DNA of 63,341 bases, the filler included, from Reclinomonas americana ATCC 50394 (lineage: Eukaryota): NCBI GenBank assembly GCA_048213135.1. It is 6 parts of 5 records of this genome, joined end to end, with 100 filler letters (N's around TTAATTAATTAA, not from the genome) between each part and the next. Parts side by side here need not be neighbours in the genome. Positions count along the whole stretch, not along the records: positions 27,091 to 52,565 come from PS015465.1; 5 more parts are not named here. One strand, given 5' to 3'. This document shows positions 37,401 to 49,812 of the stretch, piece by piece. The notes below the pieces were generated by a model. That model saw only the letters and a program-made list of their open reading frames with translations. It had not been told where the DNA came from and ran no database searches. A program made the position numbers and the translations under genes. How positions within the stretch are numbered: the stretch's first letter is position 1; every line of letters starts with the position of its first letter.

Positions 37401-40400
37401 GCTCACCTCGGTGGTCACCGACGACCTCGACGGGTGGGTCATGCAGGGGCAACTGTTGGAGCGCGTGAAGCCGAAGACCGCACTGGCTGGTTTGTGTCGA
37501 TGATGCGTAATTCTGCGACCGATTGTGGTTGTGACTGTGACGCCTCCTCAGCATACGAACGCGCCGTGCGTATTGCACGAGACCGGAAATTGGGTTTGAC
37601 TCCCGAAGTGTGGAACAACATTGGCTGCCTGCAGCGCTCATTAGGTCTGATTGCGCTTCTCTTGATATGTGCGTTTGTGTCGCGGAGGGACTCACCTGCT
37701 GTCTTCCCTTTCCAGCGCTGCGCTCCGATTCGGACGCGCAGCACTTCCAGTTTGTGCACCACGATGTGGGCGATGTAGACGATGAGCACATCAACTCGAG
37801 CATGTCGCTGTTGGACCATGCAGAGCGCTCGCATCGTACGGCTCTCCAGTTGACCCTGCGTGCTGCTGATGAAGTGAAGCAGCTCATCGACACCGTCAAC
37901 GAGGCCAGTGACGCCGCTCTCGCTTCGCTGCCCGACATTAATGCTCTAGCGGCCACGCAGGATCGCCTCAAGGAGATGGAAGTTGTGTGTGTGGAGGAGC
38001 TCTCTGCGTTATTTGACGGAGCATGAGACTCATTTTGGCTCTCGCGCACCACAGATCACCATTCGCTACAATATGGCACGACTGATGGAGGACAAGCACC
38101 GCGCCGACGAGGCGCGCGAGATGTATCTGGAGCTGCTGAAGAGCCACCCGTGCTACCTGGACGGTGAGATGCGCGATGTGCTTTATCCGTAGCTAGTCGT
38201 TTCACTCTTTTTTCTCTGGCACAGCATACCTGCGGCTCGGCATCATGGCACGTGACACGGGCAATCACCGGATGGCTGGTCGGTGGTTCTCTGTAGCAGC
38301 ATGTGCGTCGTATTTCCTCCTCTGCAGCACGCGGTCGTTCCACTCACGACTTGCAATGATCCACAGCTATTGCCAAGGACAATCCCGATGTACGCTCCCT
38401 GCAGGGCCAGTTGCACATGATGCGCGAAGAGTGGAGCCTGGCGCAGGGTCACTTTGAGGACATTCTCAACGGCATGAACCAGCGCGACATGATGGCCCTG
38501 CTGTCGCTTGGCAAGATCTTTTACGAGAACTCGTGCATCGATGTGCTCAAGAAGAAGGTCTGTAACTGACAACAATCATCGGTTGCTGCGTGATGCGAGT
38601 GTGTTGCTCATCACTTGGTGGATGCGGTGCCGCAGCACGAGAAATACCGTGCACACGCCGTCAAGTTCTTTGATCGGGCGCTCCTTGTGGATCCCGACAA
38701 TGTGTACGCCGCCAATGCGCTCGGTGTGCTGTTGGCCGACGGTGGCTTCCTGGACGACGCACGTGAGATCTTCCAGAAGGTTTGCTGGAGAGTGTACTCC
38801 ATAGCGCTGTTTGTGTGTTGTTGTTTTGACACGAGACACGCACACAGGTGCGCGAGGGCGGCAAGATCATCCCCGAGGTGCTGCTGAATCTGGCGCACAT
38901 TGACGTGTCGTACAAGCGGTACGCCGACGCCATCAAGTTGGTACGCTACTGCTCTATTCCCCCTCCTTTCCTCGAATCCGGTTGCAACTTATCTGTTGTG
39001 GCAGTACGAGACATGCTTGAAGGTATCGCACAACTCGGACGTGGAAATCTTGAAGTACTTGGCCCGCGCCCACTACTGTGCCGGTCACCTGGAAACGGCG
39101 CTGTCGACGCTGCAAAAGGTCGCCCACCTGCGACCGGAGGACCTGCAGACGTGGTTCGACATTGCACTGATCCAGGAGCAAATGTGTGTGGACAAGGTGC
39201 GCTCGATCATCACCAGCGCCGCAACCGTCATCAAGATCCGCGACATTATGACCTCGGCACACCAGTTGCGTTTGGTTTTTCCCCTTTGCTCCGCGTCGCC
39301 AGCATCTCTGATAGGTGTGAATGGCCGTGGGGCGCAGCATCTTCCGCTTTGTGGAACGCAAGGCGGAGGAGTTGAAGGACAATCCGAGTCGCGACGCCGC
39401 GGTGGTGGGTGCGTACTGGACCGAACGTCACACGTCGTTGCATCAGCTGGCGAAGAACAAGTCGCACGAATGTGCCGAGTGGCGCGGCAAGTTGGAGAAA
39501 ATGGTGGACTCGGTGCGTCGACAGGAGGAGGAGGCCAAGGCGCAGCGAGACTCCAAGCGCGAGGAGCTGGAAGCGCGTCTGCAGCAGATGCGAGCCCGTG
39601 AGGTTTGTGCGTCTTTATTCACCTATTTTTGTGATTTGCACTCATCATTCGCTGCAGGAGGAGGAAAAGCAGCGGCAGATTGCCGCCGAAGAGGAGATGC
39701 GACGACGAGCTGAAGCCGATCGAGAGCGCTTCCGCCAGGTGCAGAGCACGTGGAAGTCGACCATCATCAAGGATGGTGAGTGGAGGGGGTCAGTGAGACG
39801 ATTGTGTGTGTGTGTGGGCGAGATAATGACACGCGTGTCTAATGTTGCTTGCCAACACAGACGACAGCGATGGCTCTGGCGGCGGCAAGAAGAAGAAGAA
39901 GAAGAGCAGTGCAGGTGGAGCTCCGCGAGCGCGAGGCTCGGCCGGTGGCGGTGGTGGTGGCAAGAAGGCGCCACGCAAGCGCAAGGTGGACGAAGAGGAG
40001 GAGGAAGAAGAGGAAGAGGAGGAAGACGACGGTCAGATTGACTGGCGACACGGCTCCAAGAAGGCCAAGGGCAAGAAGAAGAAGGCGGCCGCCAAGTCGG
40101 CCGACAAGAAAAAGAAGAAGAAGAAGAGCCGAGCGGCCAGGTGAGTGGATGGGAGGGTGGGATGGAGAGCGATTTCCCTGCATTCTCACCGTCAACGCAA
40201 CAGCGATGAGGAGGACGAGGAGGAGGAGGAAGGAGACGAGGACATGAGTGAGGAGGCCGAGGACTCGGGCGGCAGCGACTCGGACAGCCCGAAGAAGCGC
40301 AAGAACAAGGTTGGCAAGCGCAAGATTCGCGGCAAGCGACCACGCGACGAGGCCGACGAGGTCGAGACCGAGGACAGGCTGTCGGATGTGGGCGAGGAGG

Positions 40401-40665
40401 AATCCACACCGGCGGTGAAGCGACGCAAGGTGCTCGATGCCGAGGACGAAGACGACGATTTGTTTGGCTCTGGCGACGACGACGACGCATCCAAGCCGGC
40501 AGCAAGCACAACAGCAGCCTCAGCAGCAGCAGCAGCAGCCGACGACGATCTCTTTGGTGGCGGAAGCGAAGGTTTGCTGACGCCATCCCCGTGTCACCGC
40601 GCACTCCACCTCCTAACACGCTCCCTCGGTGTGCAGATGAAATGGCTGTCGACGCTGACGCATGA
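34444..40665 (+). CDS. CTR9: CTR9 (PAF1 complex TPR subunit); segment 35002-36097 is present in inverted orientation
   Basis: [86 protein letters not shown], then a Lys-rich/acidic tail. The N-terminal TPR exons read on the minus strand between two gaps. Confidence 0.9.
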
Positions 40666-40799
40666 GGGCGCCAAGGAAGATTGAGGAAAAGGAAAATGAT
40701 AAGCGATTGAATCTATGTTGGTATTCTCTCTCTTCACTGCACACAGACAGACACAGAGAAGAGAGGGGTGCGTGCGTGCGTACGTGCACCGCTGCGTTA

Positions 40800-41429
40800 T
40801 CAGAGATCCTTGGCCAACTTCACCATCGACTGCAGCACATCGGCCTGGAAGCCGACAAACTTGGAGACAACCTTGCCATTGTGCAGGAGGAACACGGCGG
40901 GGATGGAGCTGATGGAAAAGGGCGCACCGCACAGCGCCGGCGACTCGTCCACGTTGACCTTGACCAGCTTCACCGCGCCCTTGGTCGCACCCACGGCCTC
41001 CTCGAGCACCGGAGCTGCAAATGACGAAAAAATCGGAGTCAACAATCAACTCTCACCAGTGAGAGGATGGGAGGAGGAGGAGAAGGAGGAGAACCAATCA
41101 TGTGGCACGGTCTGCATCAGTGAGTGAGTGAGTGTGAACGCGCTGATTATCGGAGTGTGTGCACAGGAGTCAACGAACCGGCACCAGTCAGCGTAAAAGT
41201 CGACAATGACAGGCTTGGTGGATTTGATGACCTCGGCGTCCCAGTTGCGCTCGTTGACGGCGACGGAGACAGTGGGCGAGGCAGACGATGACAGTGATGC
41301 AATCCTGCAGCCTGTGTGTGACACAGAGAGTGAGTGAATGAGTGGGAGTCAGAGAGAATGAGCGATGGAGAGACCTGCACGCGGTGCGGCAGGCGAGCGC
41401 ACGAGAGAGAGGAGCTGTCGCACGAGCAT
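40800..41429 (-). CDS. TXN2: Mitochondrial-type thioredoxin (WCRPC active site)
   Basis: Arg/Ser-rich, acid-free presequence MLVRQLLSLVRSPAAPRAGCRIASLSS. VIKSTKPVIVDFYADWC-R|PCHMI|APVLEE, LVKVNVDE, SIPAV, NGKVVSKFVG. Confidence 0.8.
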
Positions 41430-41782
41430 TTCGTTTTTTCGGGTCGTTTTTTCAATGTCGAGAATGTCCTGCCAGCGATGTGCGACGTTTGCTACTGCTG
41501 TTGTGGATGATCCCAACGCTCCACAGGTCGGTGATGTACAAGGAGAGTACAGTGCATAGCAAGTGCGCGCAGAGAAACTTTGAGAACAACGTCGAGCTTT
41601 GATTGCGTGACGTCCTGCTTGCGTGCGCGTCTTTGCGGTCTCTCTCTCTCCGCGCGTGTGTGGACGCGTGTGCGTGTGTGTCTCTCTCTCTCGCTCTCAT
41701 TCTCGTGCAGCGAGCGACTGAGTTCGAAAAGAAGAGCAAGAGAGGCGCGCGTGCGTGTGTTTGGTGACAGAGGGGGAGAGAG

Positions 41783-44700
41783 ATGTTTAGCCCACGCCGC
41801 GCTGGTCGCAATGAGGGCGTGTTTGAGGAGTTTGAGCAGTTGCAAGTGGAGATTGGTAATGATGGCGGCCCGGCGCCTGCTGGAGGAAGCGCGCAAGCCG
41901 ACAGTGATGCAGTTGCGTTTGCGTTACAAAATGCGCGCGTTCGTGTGTGTGTCTCCCTCTCCGCTCACCACCGCGTGCGCAGGATGGAAGCCGTGAGAAG
42001 GACCACTGGACGTCCACCAAGAGCATTCGTGCCTCGTGGACTCCAGAGGAGAGGACAGTGCGTCATCACACAGACACTGTATGATGACGCCTCTGTATTG
42101 ATGCTGGCGATGTGATGCAGTTGTACGAGCAAGCGGGCACGTACTTGGGTGATGCGCGTGCGAGTCGCTCACCGTTCCATTTGACCACGCCCACAGCTCT
42201 CAAGTGCGTCTCTTCTTCTTTGTATGTATGCTTGCGTCAATTCAAACTCACTTGGCATGCCACTGGCAGATGGTACAAGTTCTATCACAAGAGTTGCGAG
42301 AGAACTGCGTGTGTGTATGTGCTGCTAAATGCTTCTGAACACGGGGAGGGTTTCGGATGGGTGTGCAGTTTGGGTACAGATTGTGTTCGCAGCCGATGTG
42401 GTCGCTCTTATGGTGCTCGGCGCCTTTGAGGCCCCCGCGCCTGCCGAGCTGCCAAATTGGGTTTGTGATGTTGGAGGATGTGCCGTGTTCCTCGTACATG
42501 GCTCATTCCCTCCGGTCGATGCAGCTGGCTGCACTTCTCAAGTTCTTTTTCCTGTCAGTTCTCCTGTGCCGTGTGGTGCTCGACTACGTAACACTTGGAC
42601 GCAAGGAGTTCTTGGGGTGCGCGCCTTTCACCACGACAAGACGTATTCTCCTCCTCTGATCGTCTGTGTGCCGGCTTTGCATGAGAACAGGAGACCATGG
42701 CTCGTGGTCATGGCGGTGGCGGTGCCGTTCAACATTATCGGCTTGTTGATCTCATGGGCCATTCTTGGCGAGGGTTGGCTCTGGCTGCGCCTCTTCCGGT
42801 GTCTGTATCTCATCGAGTCATCGCACGTCACGCGTGCCACATTCATGAACTTGCTGCGAACCATCCCCGACATTCTCGACGTGCTGTTTTGCGTCGGTCT
42901 CGTGCACCTCGTGCGTTGTGGCTGCACCACTCTGCTACACAACACGACTTCCCTTCTTATGTGTGCGCGCGCAGAGCTTTGTGCTGTTTTGCATGATCTT
43001 CTTCGAGGCCAGGTGAGAGCTCTCAACTCCCATCGACTGAGTTTGCAGTCGGCTGATCACTGTATTCTTGCACGATTAGCAATCAAGGATGTCTGATGTT
43101 TGCCGGCTTTTGGGACTCCTGGTTCAACATGCTGGTGACCCTCACCACAGCGAACTTTCCAGAATATCCTTGCTGTCACCCTTGTTGTTGTTGTTGTCGA
43201 TGTTCCTCTGTTGCTGTGGTTTCCTTGACTGACGCCTCGCCGCGCTGTGTACTATCATGATGCCAGCATACGACGACAAGTGCGTCACACATTTGTGTCT
43301 GTGCCTTGTTTTGTCGCCCTGTACCGACAGGCTTTTGTTCCCGCAGCCGATGGAATGTCTTGATCTTTATCGCCTTCCTCATCATCTGCTTGTACATGTT
43401 GATGGCCCTCGGTACGCGACGCTTCCGTCACGAGCTGTCACGCTCCTGATGATCTGTCCCTAAAACAGTGTGCTTCCTTGACAGTGCTTGCGTCTGTCTA
43501 CTCGCGCTACCGTGAGCATGCAGGACGTGCCGGATCCCGCATCATCTACTGGAAGACTGCTGCGCTGTCCATGGCCTTTGATCTGCTGTGCACGGTTCGC
43601 ACAATGCCCGTCACGTCGCCGGCAAATAGCGCAAGTGCCCGGCAACACGATCAACAGGGTCAACAAGATGGTATGTAGCTGAGTTCGATGATGCGCGTGG
43701 CATGCACTCATCTCTTGTATCGGCGTTGCCCAGGCACCGAGAATGACACCACATCGCCGGAAATGACACCGGCTGCCGGTAGCAGTGCTGCTGCGCTAGT
43801 TGGAGCTGGCACGGGCGCGTCGGGTTCGGGACTCATGTCACCACAGAGTGCTGCCTCGGCCGGCGACCTGGAAGACGCACAGTCCGTGGCGCCGGTGGAG
43901 GTCATCGACTATGTTACCTTCCGTAACGCGATGATTGTTGTCCGCTCGCACTACCCGCTGGAGAAGATCGACATCACATTTAGCGCGCTCAACCGCAGCG
44001 GCAACGGCTTTTTGAATATCCTTTGTGCGCAGTGCACTTCAGTGCAAGGCAGTGTGTGCGTGCATTCGTGACTTGTTGACTCCTTAACGTGATGGCCGTG
44101 TGTACCTCGCGAGGAGTTTGCCGAGTTCCTGGAGGTGTTGAGCTACAAGGTCAAGTCGGCGTGGGAGAGCCAGACGTTCTTCGAGTGGCTCTTCCGATGC
44201 ATCTACCACACCAAGGGAAATCAGGCATTCATCCGCTTCATCAAGTCGCAGTTGCGTGCATGCGGTCAAGTTGAGCGCTGGCCGATTAAGCAGGTGGTGT
44301 TCAACCAGCTTCCCACAGGTGGTTCGACGCCATTGTCGACGTGTTCCTGGTGGCCTACACCATCAATCTGATGGTCAGTGCTCACTACGCCACATCCAAC
44401 CTGGACTATCAGTGTGGTGTCACCACCAAGGAGCCCGAGGCCATTGTACTGCAGAACATTCTCGGTGGGACTCCCATTATCTGTGTTGCGCGTTCTTTGT
44501 NNNNNNNNNNNNNNNNNNNNNNNNNNNNNNNNNNNNNNNNNNNNNNNNNNNNNNNNNNNNNNNNNNNNNNNNNNNNNNNNNNNNNNNNNNNNNNNNNNNN
44601 NNNNNNNNNNNNNNNNNNNNNNNNNNNNNNNNNNNNNNNNNNNNNNNNNNNNNNNNNNNNNNNNNNNNNNNNNNNNNNNNNNNNNNNNNNNNNNNNNNNN

Positions 44701-46648
44701 NNNNNNNNNNNNNNNNNNNNNNNNNNNNNNNNNNNNNNNNNNNNNNNNNNNNNNNNNNNNNNNNNNNNNNNNNNCGACATGCTGACAGACGCGCGTGGTG
44801 CAGAGCACGCATTCACTGCCATTTACACGTTGGAACTGTTGTTACGTCTGTATGCCACGGGATTCCGCCGAGCGGTCCGCAACCTGTGGTTCTGGTTCGT
44901 CCACACTTTCCCTCGTATCATTGCACGCACGTCCGTTCTCAGATAGTTGTTGGTGTTGTCGGTGTACAGCTTTGATTTGTTCTTGCTGACGGCCATCTAC
45001 GCTGGTACGTTTTGTGGTGCTCTTTCCACTTGTCCTCTCGCGAGCTGCTGACTGATGGTGCGTGTTTGCTGGCAGGTATTTTCGCGTCCATTTTCACAAC
45101 CGGTGCGTCCCTCTCACTCCATCTCCTTGCTATTTTACCAAACGCTGATTGCATACTTGGTCGCGTAGGTGCTACCATTCGCCGCGCCATTCAGGCCCTC
45201 CGTGTCGTCCGTCTGTTCCGCTTGCTGGTCCACGTGCCGCGGTACGTACGTCGCTCACGCATGTGATGGAAAATGTGAGAGGTGTTGATTTTCGTGTTGG
45301 TGCGCAGCTTCTACCGCATCATCTCGTCCTTTGTCAGCATTCTCACCAACCTGGGNNNNNNNNNNNNNNNNNNNNACCGTATGGCGCCGTCGTGTTTGTT
45401 GCGTCGCCTCGCTCCGCATGTGGAAATGGTGGTTTCGCGCCTCATGTCTTGTCGCAGGGTGTATACTATGCCTACGCCATTATCGGCATTGGCAGTTACG
45501 CTCACATCGTTCTCCATGTTTCTCGTCCGCTGGCTTATTAGTTAACACGCTCTTCTTTTCTGCAGTCTTTGGTGGACTGATTTACGAAGTGTGTCGCCAC
45601 AGCCACCGTCGTCTCGCTTGCACCGTCTCACCGATAGTGATCGCAGGGCAATCCGGCCCTGACGCCCGACAACCCATTCGTGCAAGCCAAGTACTTCTCG
45701 AACAACATGAATGACTTGCCGTCTGCTCTTGGTGCGTCAGGCGTCTTGCCGTTGCGTTTGCTCTTCCTATTTTGCGCACTCACTGATTTGTTTGTGTGAT
45801 CAGTTGTTCTCTTCGAGCTCCAAGTCGTACGTTTACACGTCGAGAAGAAGACTTGCCAGCGTAGTGACGTCGCTCACATCCATCCGCGTATATATAGGTC
45901 AATAACTGGCAGGTCATTGTGGCCGGCTATGTGGCCGTGACGAACCGCGCTGCACGAATCTACTTTATCATCTGGTGGCTCATCATGGTGGTGGTATTCA
46001 TCAAGTTGCGTCTCCTGCCTGCGTTCACATTACTGTTGTCATCGTCACTCAACTCTTCTGTGCGCCCTCCAGTGTGCTGATTGCCTTCATTCTCGAGGTG
46101 AGTGCTGCTGGTGTCTTTCGAAGCCGGCGAGTTGCCGTCGTTTGACTCTATGTGTGTGCGCGTGTGCAGTCGTACGGAAGAGAATACGAGAAATACGTGA
46201 CGCGCGAACGAGCTCGACTGGAGGTCGATCCCACGCTGTCGAGTGCCTCTGCACAGGACTCAATCCTCGAGCGCATCCAGTCGTCATATGCAATGCTGGC
46301 GCTTGGGCACACAGAAGGAGTCACGGGTGTCGGTGGAGATGCCACGCCTAAACGCGTACGGTGCGTACACATGTGCTCTGCAAGTTCACACACCAGCACA
46401 GCGATGAGTGCTGACCACACGCGATGCTTGCCGGCAGTCGCTTCTCGATCACGCGCAAGGGCTCCAACTCGGCCGAGTTGCTGGAGTCCGTGTCTGACAT
46501 GAAAGTGCAGTTGCGTTCTCCAGCAGGCGTGCATGCAGCTCACCGATGCTTAATTTTGTGTACTTGGCACGTACGCAGGTGCGTACCACTGGACCAGCTG
46601 CCGTCTCTGGCGCCAAAGAAGAACAGCGATCGCTCCGACACCGATTGA
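41783..46648 (+). CDS. TPCN: Two-pore channel (TPC), with two U12-type AT-AC introns
   Basis: S4-I LRLFRCLYL. Filter I LTTANFPD|IMMPAY. EF-hand-like linker NRSGNGFLTREEF. S4-II LRVVRLFRLL. Filter II LFELQVVNNWQV. S6-II NVLIAFILE-like segment. Stop TGA at 46646-46648. Confidence 0.92.
43164..43252 (+). other. U12-type (minor spliceosome) AT-AC intron 1
   Basis: 5' site ATATCCTT, branch TTCCTTGAC (43221-43229), 3' end GTAC. Removal restores TANFPD-IMMPAY. Confidence 0.93.
44016..44105 (+). other. U12-type (minor spliceosome) AT-AC intron 2
   Basis: 5' site ATATCCTTT, branch TCCTTAAC (44081-44088), 3' end GTAC. Removal restores GNGFL-T-REEFAEFL. Confidence 0.93.
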
Positions 46649-47210
46649 TAGCACACGCAGACAGACGCACATCGAAGCTTGTGATCCAGGACTCCGAGCA
46701 CTTTTAAAAAAACACAAACACACACGCGCCTACACACACATGCACGCTGTATTCCTCTCTAGTGTAACGTGCGAGGCTGCGCCACTTTGGAAGGAACCTC
46801 ATTTTCGATTGGTCGGCGTGTCCGGAATTTAAGAGAAGCAGGCGAGAGGAGAAAGGTCGGACGTTGAATATCACTCTGGATTCACCCCCTCGTCGCGTGT
46901 GCGTGAGTGAGTGTACGAGTGTGCGTGGCTTCCCACCGGCGAGAGTGCAAGGGTACGATTGAGCGAGCAAACACAGGTGCGTGTCATCGAAACGACTTTG
47001 TACTGAGAAAATCACTGGGACGACGTCCCAAGTCCGATGCGTGTTGTCTCTCTCTGCCTCTGTCTCTGTGTGTGTGTGTCGTGTCGCCCATGTGCAGTCT
47101 TGTCTCTCTGAGTGAGAGCACGCGTGTACGCAAAAGAGAGAGAGTCGATTGTGACGCAGTTGAGAATGTGAGTGTGCGCCACCTCTGTTTCACACATGTG
47201 TCGCAGCAAA

Positions 47211-49812
47211 ATGGACTCGGCAGTGACACCTGCGCTCATTCTCAGCGCCCGAGGAGGTACGATCACTGAGCACATGAGAGACAGTGTGACACGTGTGCTG
47301 ACTGTCGACGCAGATCACTCGGAGCATGAGCATGAACTGGTGACTGGAGGTCCGCGCCTCGCCGACATGATTGGCGAAGGCTCTCTGGCACTGGTGTGCT
47401 CGTTCCTGCGAGTGCGTGACTTCAAGCGACTGTGGCGCACCTGTCGTGACCTGTGTGCGGCCTTTGAGCGTGGTCTCATTCATTTCGATGGCGATGCGCG
47501 CGAAGCTCAGACACCCTTCTACTGTGCCCACTTGCACTTCCCTGCCATCGAATCGTTGACTGTGCAGTGTTGCGTCTCTCTCTTTCTCTCTGCTGCCCTC
47601 GCTCTGTGTGTGCGTGTGTGTGTCTGACGCTCAGTGTACACGTGCAGTGTTTGAGCAGTCGCCGTCGCTCAACCAGGAGTTGCTGAACATGGTGGCACGC
47701 ACCAATGTTCGCTTCCCGTCGCGCCTTGCCGCCTTCCGTGTTCCACTGAAGGAGTTGCGCACTCGTCCCTGCGTGTGTGTCGCCCCCATGTCGCGTTGTG
47801 CTGACATTGTGCGTGTGCCAGTTGCTCCGGTGACGACACGACTTCTAGCGATTCGGGCGGCAGCAGCCCGCGGCGCATGTCGCATGTGCCAACGGCGTTC
47901 CACATTGCGGTGCGATCGGAGAGCTCGCACAAGCTGAGTGCGTTGCTGGACGAGGCGCGGTCGACGCCGATCGCCACCACCGGTGGTGGCGGCGCACTCG
48001 ACAATGGCCCGACTCCGATGACCAATGCGCCACCGGCGTCCATGGCTGCGAATCCACTGGCCGCCGCACCACCGACACCGTTCCGCTCGCTGTCGCAGTA
48101 CCATCGTCGCCGCTCCTCGTCCATCTCGTTCATGGACGAGATGATGCGCGAGATGCAGATCCCCGAGGTTTCCGTGGAGGAGGTGACGTGCCTGGAGCCG
48201 GCGACGCCGGCCGCCGGCACGCTGCAACCGCAGTCGTCGGCACCCAGCAGCTGCACCAACAGTGTACTCGACACCACGGCCGTGCTGCTGCCTCCACCAC
48301 TGGCGCTGCAGTACGCCTATGTGCCACTGCCGTCGGGTCTGCGCACGCTGACGATCCGCTCGTGGTCACGGCGACGACCTGTCGGCATCGACCCGTGCTT
48401 CCTGCTCGACGCCTCATGTGAGGCGCACACGCCGTTGAGCACACTGGCTCCGGCTCTCCGTGCCCTCGAGCTCACACAGTGCGACATTACACGGCTGACA
48501 CGGTCGCTGGTGCCGCCGAACCTGACACGAGTGGTGATTTCGCACAACCTGCTGACCGAGTTCGACTCGACAGCGCTGCCGATGCAGTCTGTCAAGCACC
48601 TCGACTTGTCGCACAACCAGCTTACGTTGCGTTTCTCCACAGTGCGTTTCTCGCTTGCTGATTTAGCACTCACTGATTGTTGTTGTCACACTGCTCAGAT
48701 CAATCGACTTGCGCGGTCTCCCCGCCCTCCAACACCTCGACCTGTCACACAACCACTTGGAGAACGTGAACCTGGAGCAGGTGGCTTCCTCACGGAACCT
48801 GCGCTCGCTCTCGCTCTACAACAACCGACTCGAGCGACTGGATATTCGGTCACTGGCCGAACTGCAGCGTCTGGAGGCATTCTTTGTCGGCTACAACGCG
48901 ATTGCGGAGTTGCGAGTGGAGTTCTTGCCGCAGAGCTTGCGGCTGCTCGATGTCCACCACAATTGCCTCGTCACCTTCGAGTCAGCGCGCCTGCCGTCGG
49001 AGCTGCGGTACCTCGACGTGAGCGAGAACCAGATGATTCGCGACTTTAGCCTGCGCCACTTGCCGCTCTCGTTGGTGACGCTGCGCATGGCCAAGTGTGG
49101 CCTCAGCGAGGCCTCGCTGCTCCACCTGTCGTCGATGCGCTCGCTGCGTCGGCTCGACTTGTCGTCGAATCGCATTCGATCCGCCGATTTGCGCTCCCTC
49201 CCCGAGTCGCTCGAGCAGTTGCACTTGTCGGCCAATGGCATTGCGGACTTGGTGCTGCCGTCGGAGTTGCCGTCGCGCATGCGGCATCTGGACTTGCGCA
49301 GCAACCGAATAGAGACGTTCACGCCATCGGCGCTGCCGGCGGCACTATTGTCGTTGTCGCTGGCCGACAATTCCCTCACCAAGTTCGACGCCGCTCAATT
49401 ACCGGCGACCAGCGAACTGCGCGTCCTCAACCTGTCGCACAACCAGCTGCGCACGTTTGACCTGCGTCGCCTGCCGACGCATTTGGAGCGACTGCTGCTC
49501 AGCCACAACACTCTCGAGTCGGTACAACTGCCTCAGTTGAAGAGCCAGTGGCCGGCGTTCTTGAACATGCTGCACATGGAGCAGAACGATGTGGACGTGG
49601 AGGCCAAGTTGCGCCACACACACCGCCTCTCTCTGCATGCATGCATGCATGCCACCGCACCTACTTACACTTCTCTTTCGCACAGACAATTCCCCGAGTC
49701 GATCCGCAAGCTTGCCATCGATCCGGTGCGACCGAGGACGCGTGGCTGCATGGGCAAGGCCAGCTGGTCCTGGGTGTGCATGCTGTGCTTTGCCGGCTGC
49801 GCCGCCCGGTAG
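47211..49812 (+). CDS. F-box + leucine-rich repeat protein (~22-aa LPxxLxxLDLSxN repeats)
   Basis: LALVCSFLRVRDFKRLWRTCRDL is F-box-like. Repeats include LPQSLRLLDVHHN, LPSELRYLDVSEN and LPESLEQLHLSAN. Stop TAG at 49810-49812. Confidence 0.75.

Noticed and set aside
43413..43483. TTCCTTGAC next to the acceptor of another TPC intron
   Set aside because: The donor is GTACGC (U2-like) and the motif abuts the AG, so it is not a credible U12 intron.
22038..46648. Functional clustering of lysosomal/mTOR genes (KPTN, TPC, DENND11)
   Set aside because: They are separated by unrelated genes and contig linkers; no evidence beyond chance.
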